Assembly (NCBI GenBank): GCA_013214025.1
Contig: JABSRN010000006.1
Coordinates: forward strand, 96,715-160,714
DNA from: Polyangiaceae bacterium
Lineage (GTDB): Bacteria > Myxococcota_A > Polyangia > Polyangiales > Polyangiaceae
Length of the DNA: 64,000 bases
Direction of reading: 5' to 3'
Shown: positions 9,995 through 18,624 of the stretch, piece after piece
Layout of the letters: each line of letters opens with the position of its first letter
Numbering within the stretch: position 1 is the stretch's first letter
Made by a program: the position numbers and the translations under genes
Notes under the pieces: generated by a model
Told to the model about the DNA's origin: nothing
Database searches by the model: none
The model's input: only the letters and a program-made list of their open reading frames with translations

Positions 9995-10213
9995 GATGTG
10001 CCTGCTGAAGTCTCGAGAGGTGGATAAGAAGGCTACCGCCGCCGATACGAGGGTGTCCAACTTCTGATACCCGGAACGACATCCAATTCTTCCCTGATGG
10101 GAAGCGAGCAGTGACCCTACTGCCGAGGCCGCGCGACCTACACCCCGGGGCACGGACGGAGAGATCCGTCCGTGGATTAGCCTAATAGAGCCAGTCCGCT
10201 GAGCCAGCGCGGG

Positions 10214-10726
10214 CTAGGAGGCGGGCGCAGTCGGCGGCGGTTTGCCATCCAGCCCCGCAGCAGCGGCGGGCAACGGCATGACCATCATGGCCGCGTCGGC
10301 CGTCACGACCACCCGCCCCTCGCCGTCCTTGATGTCACAACTGACCACAATCATTCGAGAACCCGTATGTTTGGCGGTCGCTGTGGCGGTCACCTCAGTT
10401 CCTTTAGCGTTGGCCAGGTAACGGACATGCAGGTCCGTGGTCACCATGCTTTGGCGCTTCTCGATCACTTTTCCTGCCTGGGCGGCTGCCACGCCGCACA
10501 CCACGTCCACCAGCGTCGCGTAGGCGCCACCGTGCACTCGGCCCCGATTCCCCACGGAATCCGCGCTGACTGGCATCGTCACCACCGCTCGTTCCGCGCT
10601 GCGTTCAACTATCTTCATACCAAGAAGCCGATGCAACGGGATCTCGTCGAAAGGAACGGGCATTTGAAGCTCAGAGGCTCGCGGGCGATCTGTCGGGGTA
10701 GTCATCTCCCGGAGGGTTAGCGGCAT
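10214..10726 (-). CDS. PaaI/hotdog-fold thioesterase
   Basis: ..LLGMKIVERSAERAVVTMPV....GRVHGGAYATLVDVVCG.. is a typical PaaI-family core. Confidence 0.75.
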   Translation of the reverse strand: MPLTLREMTTPTDRPRASELQMPVPFDEIPLHRLLGMKIVERSAERAVVTMPVSADSVGNRGRVHGGAYATLVDVVCGVAAAQAGKVIEKRQSMVTTDLHVRYLANAKGTEVTATATAKHTGSRMIVVSCDIKDGEGRVVVTADAAMMVMPLPAAAAGLDGKPPPTAPAS

Positions 10727-10834
10727 CAGTCAGTCCCGCCAAGCTGGATGATCTCGGAAAAATATTCAAAAAACAGAACGCGGAAGATGCGTTGGGTCTA
10801 GCCACCGGCCGGCTTGTTTTGTATGAGGTGCCCC

Positions 10835-11431
10835 ATGAAACGAACTTTTGCCGCTTGGATTGTGCCCGTTGCTTGTCTCTTTGCCCTACAGGCTTGTGGG
10901 TCGTCCGAAGAAAATTCGGCGACGGACACTGACGGGGGCACCACTACCACCACCGCTACAGGCGGCACCGGATCGGGCGGCACCAGCGCCACGGGTGGAG
11001 GCGGCGCCGGCGGCGGCGCAACGGACGGGGTCATCGTTTGTGGCCCAGATCCCTGCACAGCCGTGGCCAACTGTTGTACCACCGACACTAACGAGTGCGG
11101 CTCCGACGCCCAGGGCGAATGCACCACCCGTGACGATTTGTTCTCCAACTTCGACGACCCCGACATCGATCTCGACCCCAGCTGCCCGGAGACCCCGGCC
11201 CTGTTCGGCGGCACGATGCGAGCCGGCTGTTGCATGGAAGGCATCTGCGGCGCCGAGGGCAGCCTCGCCAGCGTCTGTATTCCTGTAACGGACGAAGCCT
11301 TGCCGGAGAAGGAATGCCGCGGCGGCCCCAGCGCCTTTGACTCTGGCGCTCCCGCCCCCGTAGACAGCGGAAGCACCGCCCCCGTAGACAGCGGCACAGC
11401 CGATAGCGGCGATAGCGGCGACGCTGGCTGA
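10835..11431 (+). CDS. Lipoprotein with a Thr/Gly linker and a Cys-rich domain
   Basis: MKRTFAAWIVPVACLFALQAC is a signal peptide with a lipobox. It is followed by a GGTTTTTATGGTGSGG linker, a Cys-rich segment, and tandem APVDSGST repeats at the C-terminus. The start could instead be 10814. Confidence 0.65.
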   Translation: MKRTFAAWIVPVACLFALQACGSSEENSATDTDGGTTTTTATGGTGSGGTSATGGGGAGGGATDGVIVCGPDPCTAVANCCTTDTNECGSDAQGECTTRDDLFSNFDDPDIDLDPSCPETPALFGGTMRAGCCMEGICGAEGSLASVCIPVTDEALPEKECRGGPSAFDSGAPAPVDSGSTAPVDSGTADSGDSGDAG

Positions 11432-11552
11432 TTTCCTGAATGCCTAAGCGTCCTGCTGGGCGCTGACCAACGCCGGTCGAATGTCGCTCTCGCGGCCCCT
11501 CGATCGGCGTTTTTCAATTTGTACGCCCCGAAACAACGCCCTCCGGCAGGAC

Positions 11553-12737
11553 ATGCGCCGCCTGCGCCCCCCACCGCCGGCAACAGGGTACGCTAGGATT
11601 CGAGGCGATTTGGAACCGCAGTCTGTCGATGTAGTGGTGGTGGGTGCTGGACTCATCGGGCTCGCCTGCGCCGCTCCCCTCGCCGCGAGCGGGCTCAGGG
11701 TGGTGCTAGTAGAACAGCACGCGTCGGCCGGCACCGAGACGTCCAGTCGCAACAGCGGCGTGATTCATGCGGGCCTTTACTACCCGCCGGGGTCGCTCAA
11801 GGCCGAGTGTTGTGTCGAAGGGGCCCACGCGCTCTACGAACTGTGCAGTCGCCACGGAGTGTCCTACAGACGAACCGGCAAACTGATCGTCGCCACCACC
11901 TCGGACGAAGAACGAGTCTTGACGGAATTGCTCGAGCGTGGACAACTCTGTGGGGCGCAGGGGATCGAGCTACTGGGCGGCGCCGAACTACGACGCCGGG
12001 AACCGCGGGTGCGCGCAACCGCCGCACTCTGGTCGCCGAACACCGGCATCATCGACCCCCACGAGCTGGTGCGTTTCTACCAAAATCAGTGCGCCGAAGC
12101 CGGCGTCACGCTGGCGTTTCGTAGCCAAGTCACAGCACTGCAATCAACTCCGACAGGATGGCTGGTAGACGTGCGGTCTGGGGACGAGACGCTGCAGCTG
12201 CGAAGTCGCTACCTGATCAACGCGGCGGGTCTACAGGGGCAACAATTGGCGGAAGCGGCTGGACTCGACACCCGGGCTCTTGGTTACGAACTGCATTATT
12301 GTCGCGGCGAGTACTTCAGCTTGGCCCCGTCCCTCGGCGCCTTGACTCGCCATCTAGTTTATCCCGTGCCCCAAACAGCGGGACTGGGCATCCATGTGAC
12401 CTTCGATCTCGGTGGGCGCTACACAGCCGGTCCCGACGCAAACTACGTAAACGCCATTGACTATCGGATCGATGAGACCGCCCGCAGCGCGTTTGCCCGG
12501 TCCTTGGCGCGATATCTGCCGGAAATTACCGAGGCACACCTCACGCCAGACTACGTGGGGATCCGTCCGAAGCTCCAAGGGCCGGACGACGAATTTCGAG
12601 ACTTCGTGATTCGCGAAGAGTCAAAACAGGGCGCCCCAGGGTTCGTCAACCTGCTCGGGATCGAATCGCCAGGATTGACTGCAAGTCCGAGCATCGCCCA
12701 ACGCGTAACTCAGTTGGTGGTATCTGGCGCGGTCTGA
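11553..12737 (+). CDS. FAD-dependent oxidoreductase (L-2-hydroxyglutarate oxidase LhgO-like)
   Basis: It has VDVVVVGAGLIGLA (GxGxxG) ..TSSRNSGVIHAGLYY.. The start is uncertain (11481, 11553 or TTG 11610). Confidence 0.7.
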   Translation: MRRLRPPPPATGYARIRGDLEPQSVDVVVVGAGLIGLACAAPLAASGLRVVLVEQHASAGTETSSRNSGVIHAGLYYPPGSLKAECCVEGAHALYELCSRHGVSYRRTGKLIVATTSDEERVLTELLERGQLCGAQGIELLGGAELRRREPRVRATAALWSPNTGIIDPHELVRFYQNQCAEAGVTLAFRSQVTALQSTPTGWLVDVRSGDETLQLRSRYLINAAGLQGQQLAEAAGLDTRALGYELHYCRGEYFSLAPSLGALTRHLVYPVPQTAGLGIHVTFDLGGRYTAGPDANYVNAIDYRIDETARSAFARSLARYLPEITEAHLTPDYVGIRPKLQGPDDEFRDFVIREESKQGAPGFVNLLGIESPGLTASPSIAQRVTQLVVSGAV

Positions 12738-13207
12738 ACACCCGGAAGCGTCAACACGGCGGGCCGCGCAACCACCCCTCGTACGCGAGCTGGCCTGTAG
12801 TGAAGACGAATTATTCAGCAGATCCTAGAATCAGCGCGGGCGCCCTGACGGAATCGACCCGCGGGCTGGCAACGCCTGGAAATCAGGCTGATTCCGGCGG
12901 TATTGCGGCGCAAAATGGGTTCCCCTCGCCCGCCGGAGGTTCTAAAGCATTTACAGAGCTCGTGAGGGGCGCACCACTCGCGGAGATCCTGTGTTCATAG
13001 CCAAACCTGTTGTCAAACCGCCGACGCCCCCAGCAGAAACTCTTCGCGATGCGCGCATATTGGCCGCAGAGCTGCCGCAACGCTGGCCCCCGATCGCAGC
13101 CGCCAAAACCCAGCCTGGCCAACACGATCGCCGATGCCCCAACACTCCTCCGAGCTCAGAAGACTGACCGCTGAACTCGCCTCAACATCCCGAAAGCTTT
13201 CCCAACG

Positions 13208-14854
13208 ATGAGCACCGAAACTGAATTAGCTGGCGCCACCGGCACCAGTAACCGCTCTTCCCGACGCGTCTCCCGGCGCTTAAAACTGGCGGCTAGCGCT
13301 CTGATCACCGGCGCTATCCTCGGTATCACCTCCGCCGCCTCGGCCTCCCCAGTTTTCGAACTCTTTGGCGACACTCTCGGTTCCGGTGGGCTCAACCCGC
13401 GATTCAATTCACCCGGCCCCGCGTCGACCTACTTCAACCCTTCCCTGCTGCCCCTAGAGCACGGCGCCGAAGGTGCTTTCGGTCTGTTGATCATGAAGCA
13501 GTCCATCGGTATTGAACTCGGCGCCCGAGTTCAGGCCAACGACGTACCCGTAGAAAAACGCAGCGCGGCCCCCGGACCGCTCGACGAAGTACGGTACCAA
13601 GACGCGGGCGGCTTCGGCTACTTCGGCACCATGCCGACGACGTACATCGTCGATGGTTGTGACCCCAAGGGCACCGCAACTCCAACCGGGGTCGAAGAGT
13701 GCTCTCGCGGCCGTGAACCAGGCGGTCCCCGCCAAAGCAACGGCAGCGGCGAGGCGACCTGGATATATACCCCCATCGGCTTGGTCCAGCCCCTCATCGA
13801 TCAGTATCTGGTGTTCGGCTTCTATGGCATCATGGGCATGGCAAAGTATCGCCTCCACGCATTCCATGTAGACGAGATGGAGCAATTTTTTACCAACAGC
13901 CTGCATCCGGAAATGTACTCGGACCGCATGACCGCCCAGGCCATCTCCTTTGGCTTCGGCAGCCAACTCGCGGACTGGGTATCCGTCGGCATCAGCTTCA
14001 GCCTGAACATCAACACGGTGGCCCACGGCAACGCTTTTATTTTTGACGCCGAGGACCAGAACGGCTCGCTTCGTCTATCGACAGACGCCAAAACCGAGAC
14101 GGGAATGAAACCCCATTTCGGCATCACCTTCCTGCCATCCGAAGATTTCATGCTCACGGCCACGGTACAGACGGAAACCTCTTTCCAGCTGACCACCCAC
14201 ATCGGCAACGACCTGCCTGACGGCGAGCACCAAGAGGCAGAACGCTTCAACGTTCACGATTTTATGCCCAACCAGGTGAGCTTCGGCGGCAGCTACACCA
14301 TCCCCTTCGAGGACAGTGATGGCGCTGTGAACATCACCGCCGGTGCGACCCGCAACCAGTGGACCGACTACATTGATCGACAGGGCGTTAACCCGACCGG
14401 CACCTACGCGTGGAGAAACACGTGGAATGTGAGTGCTGGCCTCCGCTACATCGTCGGAGACACCACTGTCTTCAGCGATATCCGCTACGTGCCCACGCCC
14501 GTTCCCCTGCAAACTGGCCGGACCAACTACGTCGACAACGACCGCACGGACGTGGTCGGCGGTCTCACACAACTCTTCGAAGCCGGCGGCCTGCTGCTGC
14601 GCGTCGGCGCCAACTTGCGAGGCTACATTCTTCACAGGCGGGCTCAAGACAAACTCCCCCCGGATACCAAAGCACTCAACGATGTCGACGAGGAACTGGT
14701 ATTCGATGAGTTCCCCGACGGTGCCATCGACAAGGCCCGAGGCGACGAATACGAGCGCTCGGACGGACTGCAAACGAACAACCCGGGCTGGCCGGGATTC
14801 GCCAGCAGCGGGGCACTGGTCGGCGGTGGCCTATCGCTCGCCATTCTGTACTAA
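13208..14854 (+). CDS. Putative outer-membrane beta-barrel protein
   Basis: It has a signal peptide (..ALITGAILGITSAASA|SP), alternating beta-strand-like segments, and a C-terminal ..GGGLSLAILY ending in an aromatic residue. Confidence 0.5.
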   Translation: MSTETELAGATGTSNRSSRRVSRRLKLAASALITGAILGITSAASASPVFELFGDTLGSGGLNPRFNSPGPASTYFNPSLLPLEHGAEGAFGLLIMKQSIGIELGARVQANDVPVEKRSAAPGPLDEVRYQDAGGFGYFGTMPTTYIVDGCDPKGTATPTGVEECSRGREPGGPRQSNGSGEATWIYTPIGLVQPLIDQYLVFGFYGIMGMAKYRLHAFHVDEMEQFFTNSLHPEMYSDRMTAQAISFGFGSQLADWVSVGISFSLNINTVAHGNAFIFDAEDQNGSLRLSTDAKTETGMKPHFGITFLPSEDFMLTATVQTETSFQLTTHIGNDLPDGEHQEAERFNVHDFMPNQVSFGGSYTIPFEDSDGAVNITAGATRNQWTDYIDRQGVNPTGTYAWRNTWNVSAGLRYIVGDTTVFSDIRYVPTPVPLQTGRTNYVDNDRTDVVGGLTQLFEAGGLLLRVGANLRGYILHRRAQDKLPPDTKALNDVDEELVFDEFPDGAIDKARGDEYERSDGLQTNNPGWPGFASSGALVGGGLSLAILY

Positions 14855-14856
14855 CA

Positions 14857-14880
14857 GGCCCGCAGAATCCGGCGCGGGCC
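14857..14880 (+). terminator. GC-rich hairpin just after the OMP stop codon
   Basis: GGCCCGC (14857..14863) pairs with GCGGGCC (14874..14880) across a 10-nt loop. There is no clear U-tract. Confidence 0.3.
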
Positions 14881-14946
14881 GCACGGACCCGCACAGCCAT
14901 TCCTTAGCCTATGGTCCCACCAGGCCGACCGAGCTACGATTCCGTG

Positions 14947-15141
14947 ATGGAGAGCCCCTGCATCCGAAATTGCTGCCTGCGCGACGATGACATTTGCATG
15001 GGTTGCTACCGTAGCCTCGACGAAATCAAGGGGTGGTCTGCGGCCAGCGAGGCTTTGAAGCACGAGTATTGCCGCAAAGCCGAAGCCCGTCGCGAACTCG
15101 CAGTTCGTTCCGGAACAGCGCCCCCCGTACTACGCCGCTAG
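14947..15141 (+). CDS. DUF1289-family small Cys-rich protein
   Basis: MESPCIRNCCLRDDDICMGCYRSLDEIKGW matches the SPCI..C....CxGCxR..xEIxxW signature. Confidence 0.75.
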   Translation: MESPCIRNCCLRDDDICMGCYRSLDEIKGWSAASEALKHEYCRKAEARRELAVRSGTAPPVLRR

Positions 15142-15229
15142 TGTGCGAATCTGGCACAGCTCTAAACGACGTGCTGTCAGGAAACGCTCGGTGGAGTAAC
15201 GCAGCCCAAGGGCTTTCCTGTTAGTCGGG

Positions 15230-16254
15230 TTGATCGGACCGGATAACGACAACGACGTCGAGTCAGCGGTGAACGGCGGCGCCCAAGAGCCGTTGGTTGC
15301 CGCCGTCCTCCACCAAGTGGTGGAACTAACCCACGCGCTCGAAGACCGCCGTCTGGGCCTGCTCGCCGAGTTCCCGAAGACAGAGCTCCTAAGCGTCAAC
15401 GCGTTGATCGAACTGCTCACCGATGTCGGCGTAGAGGACAGCGACGAAGGACTCAGCGACGGTATAGTTTGGCTCGGCGAAAACCAAGCCATCGTATACG
15501 CGAACCGCACCGCCATATCTTTGCTCGGCTATCGAAACCCGGGCGAAATCGTCCAGGAATCTGCCCGCAAACTATTGGGTCCGGTACTACATCTCGACAC
15601 CAACGAACCGCAAGAGCTAACCCCTCCTCGACCGGACGGGCTGGAGTTCACTCGCGACGTCATGGTCAGCGTCGGGGACGACAGCCCCACCGCATTTGGT
15701 CATCCACGACATCACCTTACAGAAAGCTCTCGAAAAGGAGCTACAGGCGTCCCGGGATCGCGCACTCGAACTGGCGCAATCCAAGTCGGACTTTCGCGCC
15801 TACATGAGCCACGAAATCCGAACTCCCATGAATGGCGTAATCGGAATGATCGACGCATTGCTGGAGACGGAGCTCACCGAGGAACAGAAGGAGCTCACAC
15901 GCGACGGATGCGCAGCTCGCGATTATGAACGACATACTCGGCTTTTCGAAACCCGAAAGCGGGCGAGTCGTTCTCGATTGGTTGGCCTTCAACGTTCATC
16001 GGAACGGCTGAGCTGCACAGTACAGATTGCTGACAACGGTCGCGTCGCCACCGAAATATACGAAAACGATGAATACGATTTGGTTCTAATGGCTTGCCAA
16101 ATTCCGGAGCTGGAAGGATTTGACGCCACCCGAGAAATTCGCCGTTCAGCGAAAGACCGAAGGTCCCGGCCCGGGCAACTGCATCACCACGCCATTCAAG
16201 AAAGAACAGCTCCTGGCCACGTTGACTCAATGCTCCGATGCCGCTGCAGGCTGA
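15230..16254 (+). pseudogene. Relic of a PAS - HisKA - (HATPase deleted) - receiver hybrid histidine kinase
   Basis: The PAS-like N-terminus is in frame 2. HisKA ([23 protein letters not shown]) is in frame 0. The second helix ([24 protein letters not shown]) is in frame 1 and ends at TGA 16009..16011. No HATPase_c domain is present. The receiver fragment ([36 protein letters not shown]) has Asp replaced by Ala. The tail [14 protein letters not shown] is in frame 1 and ends at TGA 16252..16254. Confidence 0.8.
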
Positions 16255-16266
16255 CGCCGCTGTGGA

Positions 16267-17262
16267 CTATTGAGGCAACCAGTTTTCGTTGTCCAAGAAC
16301 GACTTTACGCGGCGCATGCCTTCGTCGAGATCCACAGTCGGTGAGTAACCTAAGACTCGTTTTGCCTTTTCCACCGAGTACGGCTCAGGACGAAGCATGA
16401 AATTCAACGTATCGGAATCTGCTTCCGAGGGCTTTCCGACCAGGCGGAAACCAATATCGAGGCACCACAGCAGCGCTCGCATGACAGGAATCGGCACTTC
16501 ACGATAGCTGCGGCCCAAACAACCGCTCAGCCGTGAAAAATAGTCTGCAAACGTTGTCTCCGCGTCGTCTGTCACATTGAAGGTTTCGCCGCCTGCGTCC
16601 TTTTCGATAGCCAACATGACAGCATCGATCAAATTGTCGATGTACACATGATTCATGATGGCGTGCGCGCCTCCCGCATTCACGAACATTCCCTTGGCCA
16701 TGAAACTCGCGGGTCGAGTGACCCAAGGTTTCGATCCTGGCCCGTACACATCGCCTGGACGAATCACGATGACATCGAAATTGCCAGGATCGTGCATAAC
16801 GCCCAGAGCGGCTTCACTCTCGATCTTGGTCTGGCAGTAGGGATTATTTTCACCACGCAAAGGACCGTCCTCGGTGACGAAACGCGGAAACTGAAATCCG
16901 TAGACCATCACGGAGGAAAGGTGAACGAAACAACTGACCCCAGCGCTTCGGGCCTGCTCCGCCATATTCTTCGCGCCGCCTACATTGATCTTGCGAAACA
17001 GACCCATGTCACCGACAGCCTCAACGATGGCGGCAGTATGGAAAACAATGTCAGCGCCCTCGCACAGTCGAGCCGCGTCCTGCTCTGACGTAATGTCTCC
17101 AACAAAACAATCTGCTCCCAAGGCTTTCACTCGCTCCAACGCTGGCTCACTGAGATCCAGCCCCTTCACGGTCATGCCCCCGGCCTTCGCCATTTCCGCC
17201 ATGCGAAATCCGATGAAACCGCCGACGCCCGTGATCGCTATCGTCTTTCCTGTTAGCTCCAT
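16267..17262 (-). CDS. NAD-dependent epimerase/dehydratase (3-beta-HSD-like extended SDR)
   Basis: It has [14 protein letters not shown] (GxxGxxG), ..VFHTAA.., ..YCQTKIESE (YxxxK). Length is 331 aa. Confidence 0.8.
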   Translation of the reverse strand: MELTGKTIAITGVGGFIGFRMAEMAKAGGMTVKGLDLSEPALERVKALGADCFVGDITSEQDAARLCEGADIVFHTAAIVEAVGDMGLFRKINVGGAKNMAEQARSAGVSCFVHLSSVMVYGFQFPRFVTEDGPLRGENNPYCQTKIESEAALGVMHDPGNFDVIVIRPGDVYGPGSKPWVTRPASFMAKGMFVNAGGAHAIMNHVYIDNLIDAVMLAIEKDAGGETFNVTDDAETTFADYFSRLSGCLGRSYREVPIPVMRALLWCLDIGFRLVGKPSEADSDTLNFMLRPEPYSVEKAKRVLGYSPTVDLDEGMRRVKSFLDNENWLPQ

Positions 17263-17521
17263 GACTCCCTCCTATCACCGCTACTACTACAACGGGACAA
17301 TAAACCGGAGCCCGTACCCTATTCCGCTCTCACAACAGCCATCGCGCCACAACCCCCGTAAAAACGCAAAACAAAGCCAGGCGACCACCTAGGCACTTGC
17401 GGCAGCATCCGCCTTTGCCGACCACTGGACCGGGCAAACGATGTAGTCTCCCCGCCATCAGACGCCATCCGACAACAACCACCTGCCGGATTGATCCGCT
17501 GCCGACAGCGACGAACCTCGG

Positions 17522-18150
17522 CTCAAGAGCTGGTTCAGCTCGGCCGACAAGCTTCGTTGGACGCGGCGGGTGGAGCTGCTCACGAACGCTATTGCTCCGG
17601 GACAACACGTGCTCGAGCTCGGCTGCGAATACAGGACGCTGACTGCTGCGCTTGCCGATCGGGAACCCAGTATAACCCCGGCAGATACGTCTGTCGCCTA
17701 CGTCCGTCAGGCGGCGCGGAAGGTTGAGTTTGAACACGTCAAGTTCTTGACGCTGAACCCAAGCGCGATGCCTTTCAAAACCGACAACTTTGATCTCGCC
17801 GGCGACATCTCTTTCATCTATCGCTGCCGGCCGGGTGTGCGGACACAATTGGCCCGTGCACTGCGACCCGGCGGTCGCGCGCTGTTCGCGGAGCCCAACC
17901 TGCTGAATCCACACATCGCCACCCGACAACCCACGCGACTCCGCCGAGATCACTACCAAAAGGCCTTCGGTTGGCTTTGCGCCACCACATTCTGTAGGCG
18001 GGATTCGGTAGTGTCACTATCACGCCCTTTGACTTTCTCCACCCTGGGCTGCCTCCCGAGTTCGTTGCTCTGGGGGACGATTGGGCAAGAAAACTTGAGC
18101 GGGTTCCACTGCTCCGAGAACTCCGCGGCTCGTTAATTATTGACACGCGG
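17522..18150 (+). pseudogene. Class I SAM-dependent methyltransferase, frameshifted with an in-frame TAG
   Basis: Frame 2 reads ..GQHVLELGCEYRTLTAALA (degenerate motif I) ..LRPGGRALFAEPNLLNP. The C-terminal part AGFGSVTITPFDFLHPGLPPEFVALGDDWARKLERVPLLRELRGSLIIDTR is in frame 1, directly after TAG 17995..17997. The intermediate segment RDSAEITTKR is in the third frame. Confidence 0.6.
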
Positions 18151-18200
18151 CTCAGAGCTCAGAGCTTGCCAAGCGCGCGGGACAATGACACATTTTCTTC

Positions 18201-18545
18201 ATGCTCGAACTCATCTGCAAACGGACCTGAAGCACCTGTCGCAAAGCGGTCGCTTTGCTGGAGGAAAACGCTATCGAGTATCGGTACCGCGACTACACCC
18301 AGGAGCCCCTCAGTCGGACTGAGCTCAAAAAAGTGTTTCAGCTGCTGGGAAAAAAGCCGGCCGAGCTATTGCGAAAAAACGACAAGGCCTACAAAGAATT
18401 AGGGCTCACCGGCGAAGAGTCCAATGCAAAACTGATCGCCCATATGGCGGAGCACCCCACCCTGCTCCAACGTCCCATCGGTATATTGAATGGCAAGGCA
18501 GCCGTCGGTCGGCCTGTTGAGAATTTGCTCGAACTCATCAAGTAG
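18201..18545 (+). CDS. ArsC/Spx-family (arsenate-reductase-like) redox protein with predicted selenocysteine (UxxC) at codon 10
   Basis: ATG 18201 is the first start after the upstream in-frame stop. Reading through TGA 18228..18230 gives MLELICKRT-U-STCRKAVALLEENAIEYRYRDY..LLRKNDKAYKELGL..HPTLLQRPI... The TGA aligns with the catalytic Cys of the ArsC/YffB N-terminal motif (..NCDTCRKA / ..PACGTSRN). The ORF track only reports the 3' part (18255..18545), in the same frame. Confidence 0.75.
18235..18264 (+). promoter_or_regulatory. Bacterial SECIS-like stem-loop downstream of UGA 18228
   Basis: The upper stem GCAAAGC (18241..18247) pairs perfectly with GCUUUGC (18252..18258). The apical loop is GGUC (18248..18251). 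Possible lower pairs are C18240-G18260 and U18239-G18261 (with U18259 bulged), and CCU 18235..18237 with AGG 18262..18264. The loop G-U lies about 21-22 nt from the U of UGA. Confidence 0.65.
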
Positions 18546-18624
18546 CGGTGCCTCTCCCGGTCCAAATCCCCAGGGGTCGTCGGGATTCTATTTGCTCTAC
18601 GGATCTAAAGCGCTAGAGTGCCCA

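Noticed and set aside
10798-11583. Long antisense or off-frame ORFs opposite real genes. Examples: 10798..11583, 13454..14026, 14075..14773, 28936..29637, 43628..44509, 53341..53913, 58549..59238, 17330..17959 and 2426..3163 beyond its first ~70 codons.
   Set aside because: They have Arg/Ala/Pro/Gly-biased composition and no motifs, and each fully overlaps a frame with clear family signatures. These are shadow ORFs expected in GC-rich DNA.
18139-18200. TTGACA at 18139 and TTGCCA at 18166 as a promoter for the selenoprotein gene, plus the GCTCAGA tandem repeat at about 18150..18165.
   Set aside because: No acceptable -10 hexamer lies at a 16-18 nt spacing from either site. I cannot support a promoter call from sequence alone.
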